A stretch of 64,000 bases of DNA from an uncultured Chthonomonadaceae bacterium (GTDB taxonomy: Bacteria; Armatimonadota; Chthonomonadetes; Chthonomonadales; Chthonomonadaceae), in assembly GCA_963835065.1 (NCBI GenBank), contig CAWIEK010000044.1, positions 96,001-160,000 of the forward strand, given 5' to 3'. Below the pieces are notes generated by a model, which searched no databases, was not told where the DNA came from, and saw only the letters and a list, made by a program, of their open reading frames with translations. Both the position numbers and the translations under genes were made by a program. Numbering within the stretch: the stretch's first letter is position 1; every line of letters starts with the position of its first letter. Positions 1 to 9,861 of the stretch are shown piece after piece.

Positions 1-1
1 A

Positions 2-1378
2 AGTGAGCTAATAAAGCAACTGGACACGCAGGTAAATGGCGGTAGCCTGGAGACATGGCTACACGAATTTCAACCTTTTGAAGTTATCTACGCGGTTGGC
101 GGTTCCGGCATGATTCGCCTCATTGATAGTACGCGAGCAGGCGATCTATGCTGCTATCTGGAGCAGAAGTTTCGACAGGAAACGCTTACCGGATCGTGCA
201 GCGCGGTTTATGTTCCCATTCCCAAAACGCCGCCAACAGGAGCCGCCTTCCGGGACGCGCTCCGCTTGCTGGGTATTCGCCTTCAGCAACGCAAAGCGGA
301 GAAGGCGGGTAAAGAGCCTGCGGAAGCGTGGACAATGGGAAACTTCTCGCGCTGTCAGGCATGTGGTATTTTCCCATCTTCTGTGGAGGATGTCAAACTT
401 CCCACTAACGAGGAGAAACGATGGATTTGCGCGTCCTGTCTGAAAAAGCGAACCACAGGACGAAACCTGAGAAACTTGATTTCCGACCGGGGCAATCTGG
501 CGCTCTCACTCAGTGATATTTCCAATTCTTACATTGCCTGTCTCTACGCGGATGTCAACAAAGCCGGCAAATTATTGCTTGCCTGTAATGAGGAGCGGGA
601 AGTACGCCTCTTCTCCGATCATTTCTTTCGGATATTACAGCAGGAATTTCTTAAGCAAGTTCCGGGCAGATTTCAAAGCCCGGTCATTGGCGGCGATGAC
701 TTGCTTCTCCTGATTCCTGCACAGAACTGTGTCCATGTCACCATGAGTCTGTGGCAACAGGTTGAAACGAGCCTGACTCACGTTCCTCAATACCTTGTGA
801 ATACAGAGGTTGGAAAACTGCTGCAAAATGTTTCTCTAAGCCTCAGCCTAGTGATTGTCGAGCATCAACTCCCTATCAACTTCATCTTCGATATGGCGCA
901 GTCACTTCTCAAGAGCGCGAAAACGGGCAGTTATCAACTTGGAATGTCTACCATTGACTACATGCTCCTGAAAGGGGGCAGTCCGATGAGCGGGAATATC
1001 AAGGCGCTTCGGGACCATTACTTCACTGCCTCTTTGCCACAGGGAACCACGTTCCCGCAGGCCGAAGACGCAGGAGAGATTGAGATAAGACAGCAATATC
1101 TCACGCGCCGTCCCTACACGCGCGCGCAACTGAACGAACTAGTTCAACTCCTGCGGGTTGTCAAGGACAGGAAGGCGGCCTTCCGCTCAATTCTTGACAA
1201 GTTTCAAATTGCAAGCCCCACGGAAGTCTACATCCACGCGCAGTATCAGAAATCGCGGGAGTATCTGCCAGGTAATGTTGACGAGATGCTCTATCGCATC
1301 GAAACACGCGAGGGTGATAACATATTGACGACCGGCGTGGGCGACCTCCTTGAACTCTACGAAATGAACTCGCTTTAG
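2..1378 (+). CDS. cas10: Cas10 large subunit of a type III-D-like CRISPR effector, 5' end outside window
   Basis: Frame open from base 2 (SELIKQLD...VIYAVGGSG, Palm1-like). Zn-binding CQAC/CASC pairs. Palm2 motifs YADVNKAG and VIGGDDLLL. First gene of a RAMP operon. Confidence 0.9.
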   Translation, partial: SELIKQLDTQVNGGSLETWLHEFQPFEVIYAVGGSGMIRLIDSTRAGDLCCYLEQKFRQETLTGSCSAVYVPIPKTPPTGAAFRDALRLLGIRLQQRKAEKAGKEPAEAWTMGNFSRCQACGIFPSSVEDVKLPTNEEKRWICASCLKKRTTGRNLRNLISDRGNLALSLSDISNSYIACLYADVNKAGKLLLACNEEREVRLFSDHFFRILQQEFLKQVPGRFQSPVIGGDDLLLLIPAQNCVHVTMSLWQQVETSLTHVPQYLVNTEVGKLLQNVSLSLSLVIVEHQLPINFIFDMAQSLLKSAKTGSYQLGMSTIDYMLLKGGSPMSGNIKALRDHYFTASLPQGTTFPQAEDAGEIEIRQQYLTRRPYTRAQLNELVQLLRVVKDRKAAFRSILDKFQIASPTEVYIHAQYQKSREYLPGNVDEMLYRIETREGDNILTTGVGDLLELYEMNSL

Positions 1379-1383
1379 GAGAT

Positions 1384-3189
1384 GTGATGAGCTATACATT
1401 GACACTCTTTGCAGAAACGCCTATCCTGATTGATGGGCAACATAGCTCCTTCATTGTAGACAAGTCCACGGCAAGGAAAATAGTTGCCAAAAAGGACAAT
1501 TCGGAGGAGAAGCGAAGCAAGCCGTTTATCCCCGCGTCTGCCCTTAAAGGCGCATTGCGCATCGAGTTCGAGCGTCTTCTGCGTGGCATTGGTATTTATA
1601 TTTGTCCCGCTCCTGACCCAGAAAAAATGTGCAAAGATAGAAATAAACTCTGCCTTGCCTGTCGCTTGTTTGGTGGACCGAATTCCCGCGTAGGGAAGCT
1701 GCGATTCCAAGATGCTCTGTTCCAGCCAAGTTTTGATGAAGATGCCTATGCCCGGCGAATGGGAGTCAGCATCTCGCGCCAACTTCGCAAAGTGGAAGGC
1801 CAGAAACTTTATAGCCAGGAAGCGGCTCCTGCGAACCTGAAATACCAGGGCGCTATCGCCGTCCTCGAACCTCTTTCAGATGAGGAGAGCGCCTACTTTG
1901 AAAAGGTTCTCGCCTGGTGCGAAATGGAAGGATTGTTCATCGGAGGAAATCGTTCGCGCGGAATGGGCAAAATCGCCCTGAATGTCAAGAAGTCCGATCC
2001 TGTAGTTCCCACAACTTTACATTTTGAGGAAAAGGGGAAAACCAAAGTCTATCAAGTCACCTTCGAGCGTGATGCAAATCAGCCGGAACCGATGCGTGTC
2101 AGCCGACACAAGACCGGAAGTTACCTGCTCAACAGTTTCGACTTTTTGCCGGGCAGTACCGCGCGTGGAGCCGCCGCATGGGGATGGACGCGCCAGGGAC
2201 TGCCGGAGGCCGATGTTTCGGAACTGATATTGCGGCGTACACGATTTTCCCATCTTTATCCGGTCCAACTAGATGAAATACGCCCTTCAACCGCGGTTGC
2301 ATGCAAACAGCAACCTGACAAAGATGGCCCATTTGACACGCTTTTACTGCGTTTCCTGCTAAACCAGGCGGAGAAGACGGCTAATGGTAAAGCGCTGATT
2401 TCCCTTTTTGAACGACTTGATGCCTGTCCTAATTGCAAAGGCGGATTAATTCCAGCAGATCGTTTTAAGACAAGCGCGGACCGGCAGTTAATGATAAAGT
2501 TGGGGCTGAACCGGCAAACGGGACACGCAAAAGAAACTTTCTTCTATATCTATGAAACCCTGAACTCGCAGACTACCTATTCCGGGTTCCTTCAGGCAGA
2601 TGAGAGCATTGAAGCTCTTCCTGAAACGGTGCCGGTCTTCATTGGCGGCGCGAGAGGCAAAGGTTTCGGCAAAGGAACACTCAAAATCCACCATGATGTT
2701 TCTCATGTGCCGGGTGATCTCGATGCGGTGAAAGAACGTCTTAAGCAGCTCAATCGCAAGTTGGAAGAATTGGCAGCAGAGAAAATGTATGCGCTTGCTC
2801 TTCCACAGAATCGAACCTACTTCTCTCTGATGTTGCTGACAGACTTGGTTCTTCCGCCGAACACGGCGCTACAAGACTTGCTGGAACGCGAAGGCTGGCA
2901 GTGGGAGTTGGCTCAACTCGGCTGGACGCGCATGGGAGGCTTCAATGAGGCGGCTGTGCAGCGCAAGCCCCTCATCCCTGTATTGGAGCGCGGTGGCACT
3001 GTCCTGCTTTCTGTTGACCATGACGAGAACACAAGGGATCAGCTCGCCATACGGCTTGCAGAACTTGAGACCACAGGGCTTGGCTTGATGCGGATGCAGG
3101 GTTTTGGCTGGATTTATTCGAATCACGACTTTCACGATTTTGGCGTTATACCCAATAAGGAGCAGAGCGATGGAACAAGAGCGTCTTGA
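1384..3189 (+). CDS. csx10: Csx10-type RAMP fusion (N-terminal Cas7-like, C-terminal Cas5-like)
   Basis: N-half: PFIPASALKGALR, CLACRLFG, GGNRSRGMG. C-half: FLPGSTARGA, CPNC, IGGARGKGFG, GLGLMRMQGFG. Confidence 0.8.
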   Translation: MMSYTLTLFAETPILIDGQHSSFIVDKSTARKIVAKKDNSEEKRSKPFIPASALKGALRIEFERLLRGIGIYICPAPDPEKMCKDRNKLCLACRLFGGPNSRVGKLRFQDALFQPSFDEDAYARRMGVSISRQLRKVEGQKLYSQEAAPANLKYQGAIAVLEPLSDEESAYFEKVLAWCEMEGLFIGGNRSRGMGKIALNVKKSDPVVPTTLHFEEKGKTKVYQVTFERDANQPEPMRVSRHKTGSYLLNSFDFLPGSTARGAAAWGWTRQGLPEADVSELILRRTRFSHLYPVQLDEIRPSTAVACKQQPDKDGPFDTLLLRFLLNQAEKTANGKALISLFERLDACPNCKGGLIPADRFKTSADRQLMIKLGLNRQTGHAKETFFYIYETLNSQTTYSGFLQADESIEALPETVPVFIGGARGKGFGKGTLKIHHDVSHVPGDLDAVKERLKQLNRKLEELAAEKMYALALPQNRTYFSLMLLTDLVLPPNTALQDLLEREGWQWELAQLGWTRMGGFNEAAVQRKPLIPVLERGGTVLLSVDHDENTRDQLAIRLAELETTGLGLMRMQGFGWIYSNHDFHDFGVIPNKEQSDGTRAS

Positions 3190-3559
3190 CGAACTGAATC
3201 GCCAAAACGAGGCGATGCGCAGGCGGTTTCAGAAACAGCAGGCATTGGATGATGAGAAAGATATGCTGGCGAAACTAGCAGTAAGTCTGGTGGACAAACT
3301 ACGTGCGAACCAGGAAGTCAGATTTCCCAAAAAGTCTCAGCTTCAAAACTTTCGCACTGCCGCTGCCGGTTACGTTTCTGTCCAGGAGATCAAAATCTAC
3401 ATCACCTATCAGATGAGTTGAAGTCAAAGCCCGCTCAATCGGACTTTTGGCAAAACCATCATTGACAATCTCGACAAATTTGACAACGATATTGAAAAGT
3501 CCCGGCTCTTCTTAGGCTACTTCTGCCGGTACGGTGCGCAATTTGCCGAGAAAGGATAA
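3170..3559 (+). pseudogene. Cas11/Csm2-like small subunit interrupted by in-frame TGA at 3419-3421
   Basis: SD AAGGAG then ATG 3170. Helical protein with KKSQLQN and IYITYQMS*. The same frame continues SQSPLNRTFG...SRLFLGYFCRY to TAA 3557-3559, just before the next gene. Confidence 0.75.
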
Positions 3560-3563
3560 CAGG

Positions 3564-4358
3564 ATGAGCAAGAAACCCAATGATGTTTTGGCAAGCAGAG
3601 TTCGTCTGACAGGTTTTGTTCAGAACGAAACGGCGCTGCACATCGGTATAGGACGCTCGCTCGGCGTCACCGGAAGCGACTCGCCGGTTTTGCTGGATTA
3701 CTTCAATAACCCTGTAATTCCCGGTTCTTCCTTCAAAGGAACCCTGCGCGCGAATTTGGAAGCCGTCGTGCGCGGCTTGAATTTCGGCAAGTTGCTGTGG
3801 ACTTGTGACACCGTTGCGCATACCAATGAACACAAAACCTGTTGCGTTCGTGACAAGGAAGATTGGGACAAAGCCGATGTGATATTAAACAACTTGTGCG
3901 ACATGTGTTACCTGTTCGGCGCTCCCTATTTCGGCGCGAGACTATTTATTTCGGACATGGTTGTCGCGCCTGACTGTTGGCTGCCACAGATGCTTGGAGT
4001 GCGGGACGGGGTTGCCATTGATCGGGAAACTCGTACAGCTTCCGGGGGCAAGAAATATGATTTTGAGACCGTTCCCCCCGGTGTTCGCTTCAAACTTGAC
4101 TTGGTGCTGGACAATCCACAGGATCACGAGGTAGGTCTGCTCCTGCGTGGCTTCGAACTTTATAACGAGGGCTTTGCGTTCCTTGGAGGCAAGACTTCGC
4201 GCGGCACGGGGCGGATATCCATTAGAATCGAAACCATCACACGTCTTGATCCTGTTGCTTTCCTCAAAGGTGAACAGACATATCGCACTGTTTTTGGGGA
4301 TGGAGAGTGGAACCACTACTACGAGGCTCTGAAAACCCGGCTGACGCCACAGGAGTAG
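3564..4358 (+). CDS. Cas7 group RAMP (Csm3/Csx7-like backbone, putative RNase)
   Basis: ETALHIGIG, TGSDSPV (Asp at Csm3 catalytic position), PVIPGSSFKGTLR, CDMCYLFG, RDGVAIDR, LGGKTSRGTG. Confidence 0.9.
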   Translation: MSKKPNDVLASRVRLTGFVQNETALHIGIGRSLGVTGSDSPVLLDYFNNPVIPGSSFKGTLRANLEAVVRGLNFGKLLWTCDTVAHTNEHKTCCVRDKEDWDKADVILNNLCDMCYLFGAPYFGARLFISDMVVAPDCWLPQMLGVRDGVAIDRETRTASGGKKYDFETVPPGVRFKLDLVLDNPQDHEVGLLLRGFELYNEGFAFLGGKTSRGTGRISIRIETITRLDPVAFLKGEQTYRTVFGDGEWNHYYEALKTRLTPQE

Positions 4359-4371
4359 AAAGGAATTGCGC

Positions 4372-5197
4372 ATGTTCAGCAGTCTTAGAAATACGGCGAA
4401 ACTACAAATAAAACTGTCGCCGGAAGGTTCTTTTCTCATCAAGGCGCGGGAGAGTCTTAACCCCATGCGCCCGGATATGGAGTTTGTACGACTAAATACC
4501 GCATACGGAGAGACCCTCTACATTCCCGGTTCTTCGCTAAAAGGCGTCACACGTTCCAATGTCGAAGCATTGGTAACAGCCATGAATAATGTAGTCTGCA
4601 ACTCCTCCGACAAAACCTGCGGCAGATGCGATGGTTGCGCAACTTTTGGTAGTACGAGTATGGCAAGTCATGTTCGCTTTGGCGATCTGCTTCCTTGGCG
4701 TATTTCGCAAAAGCCAGAGGAGCGGGAACAGGCTGTAGTGGCACTCCAACCATTTCTCAACACACGTACTAATGTCGCTATTAACCGTAGGAAGGGCAGT
4801 GTAGGAGGCGGAGGCCCATTTGAAATGGAAGTGCTGTCGGGTGGAAGTTTTTTCGGAGAGGTTGTACTGGAAAACTACGACTTGTGGCAAATGGAGTTGA
4901 TACTGACGATCTTCGACCGCATTGATGATGGCACAATTCGCATGGGCTACGGCACATCCCGAGGCTTAGGGCGCGTAAAGCTGGAGGTGGAGACGATTTC
5001 AGATAGAGCAGTTCGGCGAACTGGCGCGTGACGCCCGCCTTTGCGGCAGCAGCATGAATGAACAGATAGAACTTTCTTCCTCTGTCACTTCTTCAGCCAG
5101 TCCGCTTGGCAGAAAATGGCAACTCACACGTGAAGATGTGTACGATGATGTATTCACCTGCCTTGTCAATCGTTATCAAGGAAGGGGCGCACATTGA
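4372..5197 (+). CDS. Cas7 group RAMP protein, apparent frameshift near 4998
   Basis: RPDMEFV, YIPGSSLKGVTR, CDGCATFG, MGYGTSRGLG. Called ORF stops at 5031, but another frame (QIEQFGELAR...YQGRGAH*) runs to TGA 5195-5197 and overlaps the next TTG. Confidence 0.8.
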
Positions 5198-5611
5198 ACG
5201 CGGAAATACAGCGGTTCGCGGACTTCAGATGCCTTTTTATCCACGCTTCGCGCGTTCAAAGATACTCTTCATGTTACCATAGAAACGCACCGTCAAAGCG
5301 ACGTACTGCATAATGTCGCCGTAAAAGAGGCTGTGGAACGATATGAACTGGAACTGGCTTCTCTGCCTTACGACCTCACCTTTCGCGCCTACGATGCCAA
5401 TTGCGAAGCCGCATGGTATGGCACGGAAGGCGTACTGATTCGCCTGAACGAAACCGGCAGCTATGCCGTGAGCAAACCGATTAGTTACAAAGAGAGTGGC
5501 GCGCAATCGAAAGTGTGTGTCAGAGAGATTATCTGTGAGGGGCGCGTCATTTATCGAAAACTCGAGCCTATACCTATACAGGAGGCGAAAACAGATGCGA
5601 ATCGTGACTGA
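5194..5611 (+). CDS. Csx19-like accessory subunit, apparent frameshift near 5228
   Basis: TTG 5194 after purine-rich SD, overlapping the previous stop. The frame of ORF 5333-5611 is open back to 5198. FRAYDANCEAAW resembles the Csx19 F...E..W motif. Sits directly before the last Cas7. Confidence 0.55.
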
Positions 5612-6512
5612 CGATCAAGAACAGGATGGCTTTTTTTGGGTTGAGCGTCTTTTGCCCAAGCATCATGGTTTGCCAAATCATGATCTTATCAAGGGCTTTT
5701 CGGGACAATGGAACCTCATTGGAGTTGCACAGACGCCACTGCATGTCGGCTCTGGTGAACTGAGCCTGATGGAAGGCCAGATGGTGTTTTCATTCAATCG
5801 TCAGGTTAATGGAGACAGCGAGATATGCATAATTTCCGGCTCCTCATGGAAGGGCGCGTTCCGAAGCATGGTGGAATTATTCAGTCCTTCCTGTTTTACG
5901 GGAGACTCTTGCCCGAGCCAGTGTCCGGCTTGCTCGCTATTCGGAACCATGGGCTACAGGGGGCGGATCGCTGTTGAAGACAGCCCTATTGCAAACGATG
6001 TGCAAACGGAAATAGCCACATTTCGGCAGCGCACCGAACCCAGGCGAAATGCGCCGCGTGGTGAAGACGCAATTTTTCATAAACTCTATAACCGCGATAT
6101 GACTCCACAGCAGTTGGTGCATCCCGAAGATTGGGAACGTGTAGAAGTTATCCCTGCCCAAACAAGGTTTTTGGTGCGAATACAGTTTCAAAACCTTCAA
6201 TCCTGGGAAATGGGATTGCTCCTCTTTTCACTTGGACTGACAAAATCGTATACTTTCGACTTCAAAGCAGGCGGCGCAAAGAATCGAGGTATGGGTGTGC
6301 TTCGGCTTCATTGGCACAAAGGCTATGCAGCATCTGGAATAAACTGGCTGCTTGATGGAAGTAAAGGTTCTCCCTCCCTTTCCCTCGCGGATCGTGCCTC
6401 CTATGTGTCCGACTACTTTGGGAAAGCAGAGGAGTGGGGTTGCCTGGCTGACGTGCAGAATTTGGCGGAAATTCTCAAGAGGGAGTACCGAAAAGATGCC
6501 GCAAATGCTTGA
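5595..6512 (+). CDS. Cas7 group RAMP protein (terminal III-D-type Cas7)
   Basis: SD GGAGG, ATG 5595. QTPLHVGSG, ISGSSWKGAFRS, CPACSLFG, KAGGAKNRGMG. Confidence 0.85.
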   Translation: MRIVTDDQEQDGFFWVERLLPKHHGLPNHDLIKGFSGQWNLIGVAQTPLHVGSGELSLMEGQMVFSFNRQVNGDSEICIISGSSWKGAFRSMVELFSPSCFTGDSCPSQCPACSLFGTMGYRGRIAVEDSPIANDVQTEIATFRQRTEPRRNAPRGEDAIFHKLYNRDMTPQQLVHPEDWERVEVIPAQTRFLVRIQFQNLQSWEMGLLLFSLGLTKSYTFDFKAGGAKNRGMGVLRLHWHKGYAASGINWLLDGSKGSPSLSLADRASYVSDYFGKAEEWGCLADVQNLAEILKREYRKDAANA

Positions 6513-7393
6513 AACTCAGGACAGAGAGCATCTCATTCAGCAAGTGCGTCTGTTGCTGCGAAACCTCCGTGAGCAGACCCCTTCAGACACTCTCCCGCAG
6601 ACGATGCGGATGGTTGCGCCGGTTCTCGCTCATCTCAAGCGACGCTCTCTGGCAGCAACCCTGATTCTCCTGGAATATCCGCATGCCAGCGACACTTCGC
6701 AACCGCACTGGGTTGAAATGCGGAGCCAGGTCAAACCATTCCTATCTGAAATTGTGGCAACTTACCCCGACGAGAGGCGGCAACAGGAAGCAGGACTTTA
6801 TGCACTTGGATGGCTGCATCGGCTCAGCCGCATCGTAGGAACAGAGCAGGACAACCAACGTTCTGATAGACCACAAGGGAACAGCCGTGCCAAGATTCCA
6901 GCGAGACAACTTACGCGAGCGTTCCCACAGGCGAGAAACATCAGAACGCTCACGACGCGAAAAGTCCTTGACCAGACCGCAACTCCCTCCTGACGAGCCT
7001 CTACAGCACAACGCGATGGCAGAAGCATTCAGCCGCTTGCAGCAAGAGGAGCAATCCGTCTCAGAGGAAGTTACCGTTCCTATTGTAGTGCCTTCAGAGG
7101 CAATGGTCGGCGACACTGACGAGGATAAGGAGGCAATGGCACGGCCAAGTTTCGGGAAACACCAACTATGGGTGACGGCGCTTCCCGGAGCCAAGCCTCG
7201 CATTGTAACCGAATGGGGAGAGCGCGTCACCTGTTACGGCATACAAGATTACAATATTCCTGAAACTGCCAAATACCCGCAGGAAGATGGCAGCGTGGAC
7301 TTGATGTGCCTCGCGGAAGTAACTTACAAAGACGGTCATGCGGTTTCTGCGCGTTTCGTCAAATGGATCGAGCAGGCTGATTTTGAGGATTAA
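6496..7393 (+). CDS. Last gene of cas operon: helical small-subunit-like N-terminus, charged linker, unknown beta-rich C-terminus; probably one gene split by a frameshift
   Basis: Start overlaps the Cas7 stop. LYALGWLHRL motif. ORFs 6352-6993 and 6887-7393 overlap within a low-complexity linker. Confidence 0.5.
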
Positions 7394-7473
7394 TCCGATA
7401 ATCTGTCACAGGGTTCGCCTGCTCAACTCATTCCATATTTATCAGTGACCGCCAGACAACATGCTCCATACGT

Positions 7474-9861
7474 TTAGATAGCGGCGATTTGGTTGACTTC
7501 GGTTTGGATTTTGACGAGCTTGGCGTATTCGCCGTCTTTCTCCATCAGTTCTTCGTGGGTTCCACATTCCACCATTTTGCCTTCTTTCATCACGACGAGA
7601 CGGCTGGCGTTGCGCAGGGTGGACAGGCGGTGCGCGATGGCAAAGGTGGTTCGGTTTTCGATCAGGCGGGTAATCGCCTCCTGAATGAGTTTTTCGGTTT
7701 CGGTGTCCACACTGGCCGTCGCTTCGTCCAAAATGAGGATTTTCGGGTTGTGCAGGATGGCGCGGGCGATGGAAATGCGCTGGCGCTCGCCGCCCGAAAG
7801 CCGCTGCCCCCGTTCGCCGACATAGGTGTCATAACCGTCCGGGAACTTCAAAATGAACTCGTGGCAGTTGGCGGCTTTGGACGCCCGGAACACTTCGTCT
7901 ATCGTCGCGTCGGGCTTGGCATACGCGATGTTGTCGCGCAGGGTTCCGGGGAACAGGAACGGCTCCTGCAGCACAATGCCCAATTGACTGCGGAAATCTT
8001 CGCCCGCGATGTTGCGAATGTCCACGCCGTCTACCAGGATGCGGCCTTCCGACACTTCGTAAAAGCGCGAGAGGAGGTTGATAATGGTGGATTTGCCCGC
8101 GCCGCTGTGCCCGACAAGCCCGATCATTTCGCCGGGCTGTACGTGGAGGTTGAAGTCGTCGAGGACGCGATTGGCTTTGTCGTAGGTGAAGGCGACGTGC
8201 CGGAATTCCACTTCGCCTTTGATGTCGGGCAGGCGGGTGGCGTTTTCGGCTTCCCGAATATCCGGTTCCGTATCCAGCACTTCAAACACGCGCTCCGCAG
8301 CGGTCAGCGAACGGGTAGACCAGTCCAGCACTTGCGAGAAGTTCTGAAACGGCTGATAGAACTGGATGAGATAGCCGTTGAACATCGTGAGCAGGCCGAG
8401 CGTCATCAAATGGCCGTGAACAGTAACACCATTGAGAACTTGATTCCCGCCGACGATCCAGATGATGTAGCTGCCGGTACTCATCAGCAGGGCGAGCAGC
8501 GGAACGTATGTGGCGCGAAAGGCATTGGCCTCATAACTGGCCTGAAAAACGTTGGTGTTGCGGGTTCGGAAGTTGTTGACTTCGCGGCCTTCCTGCGCAA
8601 AGGCTTTCACGACGCGCATACCGGTTAAGGTGCTGTTGAGCGTGGAGTACATTTTGCTGATGCGCCGCCACACGACATGGTACTTGCGGCGGGCGCGGGG
8701 CATGAACCAGCGCGTCAGGCCGAAGATGAACGGGCCGGGCGTGAGCATCAGCAGCGCCAATTGCCAGTTGAGCCGAAACAGGACGAAGCCGATGCCTATC
8801 AGGGTCAGCACGTTGCTGATGAGCCAGGGGATGCCGTCGGCGAGGAAGTCCCAGAGGTTTTCGGCATCGTTGGTGACGCGCGCCATGACGCTGCCCGTAC
8901 TGCGCTTGTCGTAGTAGGCAAGCGATAACTGCTGAAACTTGTCGTACAGCGCCATGCGAATGTCCATCGTAATGCGCCCGCCAAGCCAGGGGTTGAGGCG
9001 GCGCTGGCCGTAAACAAAACAGGCGTTGGCGACGCGGGCAAGCGCAAACAGGCCGACAAAGCCGAGCAGGGGCCGCAGCGTCGTGTCATGAGCGCGGGTT
9101 TGGGCATTAAGTGTGTCTATGATGCGGCCCGCGACCCAGGGCGGCAGCAGGTCCACAAGGGTAATACCGACAATCAGGCTGATGGCAAGCACGACCTGCT
9201 TTTTGTAGGGCGTGAGGAACTGGAACAGGCGCAGAAGGACAGCCCGCTTGTTGGTGCAGGCGGGGCAAATGTCGCTGTCCTGGGGCAGGATGCGCTTGCA
9301 GTTCGGGCAATTCTTGCGCTTCTCCTCGGCTTTTTCCTGCTTGGGTGGCTCGCCTTTGGCAAGGGCGTTCAATTGCCGGGCGACAATGCTGGCTTCCCCG
9401 ATGTTGGCCTGTGAAAACCGCATCAGGGGAATGGTTTCCGCGTCCGTTCGCACTTGAATCAGGCCGTTGCCGACAAGCGTATCGGTTTTGGCTTCCTGAA
9501 TTTGCTTGAGCGGAATCGCATGGCGCACTTTGGCATGATTGCCGCCGTTGCGCGCGAACACATACACCTGCGCGTCGTCTACAACCAGCCATTCCGGGTG
9601 AAACACGCCTTCGGGCGTAATATCGGTTTCAAAAACAAGCGGTTTTTCCGCCGTCGGTATGGGCGCATTCTCCAGGTTGTCATCATCGTCGTTGGTGACT
9701 GGTGGTTGATGGTTGGTGAGTGGTGACTCGTGGCTGGCAGGGGCGTTCTCTGTAACTGCGCTGAACGCATTGGACGCAGGAGGATTGGTGACAGCGGCGT
9801 TGGCGCGCAGTTCGCGCAGCGTGTTTTCGACTTCTTCCGGCAGCGTTTCCAGCAGAGCCAT
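7474..9861 (-). CDS. ABC exporter (fused TMD + NBD) with N-terminal extra domain and CxxC...CxxC ribbon
   Basis: GHSGAGKST, LSGGERQR, ILILDEAT, IAHRLST. Six-TM region. CPNC/CPAC. Confidence 0.92.
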   Translation of the reverse strand: MALLETLPEEVENTLRELRANAAVTNPPASNAFSAVTENAPASHESPLTNHQPPVTNDDDDNLENAPIPTAEKPLVFETDITPEGVFHPEWLVVDDAQVYVFARNGGNHAKVRHAIPLKQIQEAKTDTLVGNGLIQVRTDAETIPLMRFSQANIGEASIVARQLNALAKGEPPKQEKAEEKRKNCPNCKRILPQDSDICPACTNKRAVLLRLFQFLTPYKKQVVLAISLIVGITLVDLLPPWVAGRIIDTLNAQTRAHDTTLRPLLGFVGLFALARVANACFVYGQRRLNPWLGGRITMDIRMALYDKFQQLSLAYYDKRSTGSVMARVTNDAENLWDFLADGIPWLISNVLTLIGIGFVLFRLNWQLALLMLTPGPFIFGLTRWFMPRARRKYHVVWRRISKMYSTLNSTLTGMRVVKAFAQEGREVNNFRTRNTNVFQASYEANAFRATYVPLLALLMSTGSYIIWIVGGNQVLNGVTVHGHLMTLGLLTMFNGYLIQFYQPFQNFSQVLDWSTRSLTAAERVFEVLDTEPDIREAENATRLPDIKGEVEFRHVAFTYDKANRVLDDFNLHVQPGEMIGLVGHSGAGKSTIINLLSRFYEVSEGRILVDGVDIRNIAGEDFRSQLGIVLQEPFLFPGTLRDNIAYAKPDATIDEVFRASKAANCHEFILKFPDGYDTYVGERGQRLSGGERQRISIARAILHNPKILILDEATASVDTETEKLIQEAITRLIENRTTFAIAHRLSTLRNASRLVVMKEGKMVECGTHEELMEKDGEYAKLVKIQTEVNQIAAI

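Noticed and set aside
3419..3421. Alternative genetic code or selenocysteine at the TGA
   Set aside because: TGA ends many ordinary genes here (recG, coaD, fabH, fabG). The position is not Cys-like and I see no clear SECIS hairpin.
7489..8628. Long antisense ORFs (also 16054-17214, 18545-19645, 27982-29037, 58743-59564, 59796-60602)
   Set aside because: They are shadows of well-supported genes on the opposite strand in GC-rich DNA and have no motifs.
7474..9861. ABC exporter as an effector of the CRISPR locus
   Set aside because: It is convergent, has host-like codon usage and shows no CARF/SAVED-type sensor domain.
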